In this document: piece by piece, positions 63,699 through 64,000 of the stretch
Layout of the letters: each line of letters begins with the position of its first letter
Position numbering within the stretch: the stretch's first letter is position 1
Assembly (NCBI GenBank): GCA_026770705.1
Contig: JANJGN010000009.1
Coordinates: 78,244,001 to 78,308,000 of the forward strand
Direction of reading: 5' to 3'
Source of the DNA: Isurus oxyrinchus
Taxonomy: Eukaryota
Length of the DNA: 64,000 nucleotides
Program-made: the position numbers and the translations under genes
Notes under the pieces: generated by a model
What the model saw: only the letters and a program-made list of their open reading frames with translations
Told to the model about the DNA's origin: nothing
Databases searched by the model: none

Positions 63699-64000
63699 GG
63701 GGAGAATTTTCTCCCCGTCAGGGGGGTTGGGCAGGAGGAGGTGCGGACGGGCATGCAGCCAATCGCTGCCCGCGATCGCTGCGTGCTGCCATTTTACGTG
63801 GGTGGGCCAATTAAGGTTCACCCAATGTGATGCGCACTCGGAAGTGTGAGCCCTCCCTGTGCAGGAGGGGGGAACAGGCTGAATTGGGCCCTGCGCACTT
63901 TCACGCACACGCACAAAAGAGCGCAGAGATCAGTTTGATTTTTAAAAATTTCGATAAAGGCAAAAAAAAAATTTTAAGACATGTCCCCTCATGTGACAGT
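63699..64000 (-). mobile_element. Harbinger-derived MITE inserted in CR1 ORF2 (runs off the window)
   Basis: TIR GGGGAGAATTTT after TTG; family body; start of the central palindrome at 63979-64000. Confidence 0.85.

Noticed and set aside
1-64000. Prokaryotic systems (CRISPR arrays, operons, defence islands)
   Set aside because: No regularly spaced repeat-spacer array and no dense intact ORFs; the content is vertebrate TE debris.

Overview
This is eukaryotic (vertebrate) DNA, not prokaryotic. The repeat set (CR1/HER1-type LINEs, Penelope elements, a Deu-domain SINE, Harbinger MITEs) suggests a cartilaginous fish (inference). I found no intact host protein-coding gene; most of the window is nested, decayed transposable elements. 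It contains: (1) a Gmr1-type Gypsy relic with PR-INT-(RT deleted)-RH order; (2) one full-length two-gene Harbinger transposon (DDE transposase plus a convergent, intron-containing Myb/SANT gene, 3665-8291) carrying a tRNA-Thr-derived insert; (3) three more decayed Harbingers and about a dozen Harbinger-derived MITEs with conserved internal palindromes; (4) a GalEa-like Ty1/Copia element with two LTRs, a tRNA-iMet PBS and a PPT; (5) a pol-deleted Gypsy and several solo LTRs; (6) Penelope copies with minimal hammerhead-ribozyme-like motifs; (7) CR1 LINEs, one with a zinc-finger/esterase ORF1, and an RTE fragment. Two locally templated duplications lie inside DNA-transposon copies, and two different rearrangements hit the apex of the same MITE palindrome. 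Everything was read by eye; boundaries of old elements are approximate.
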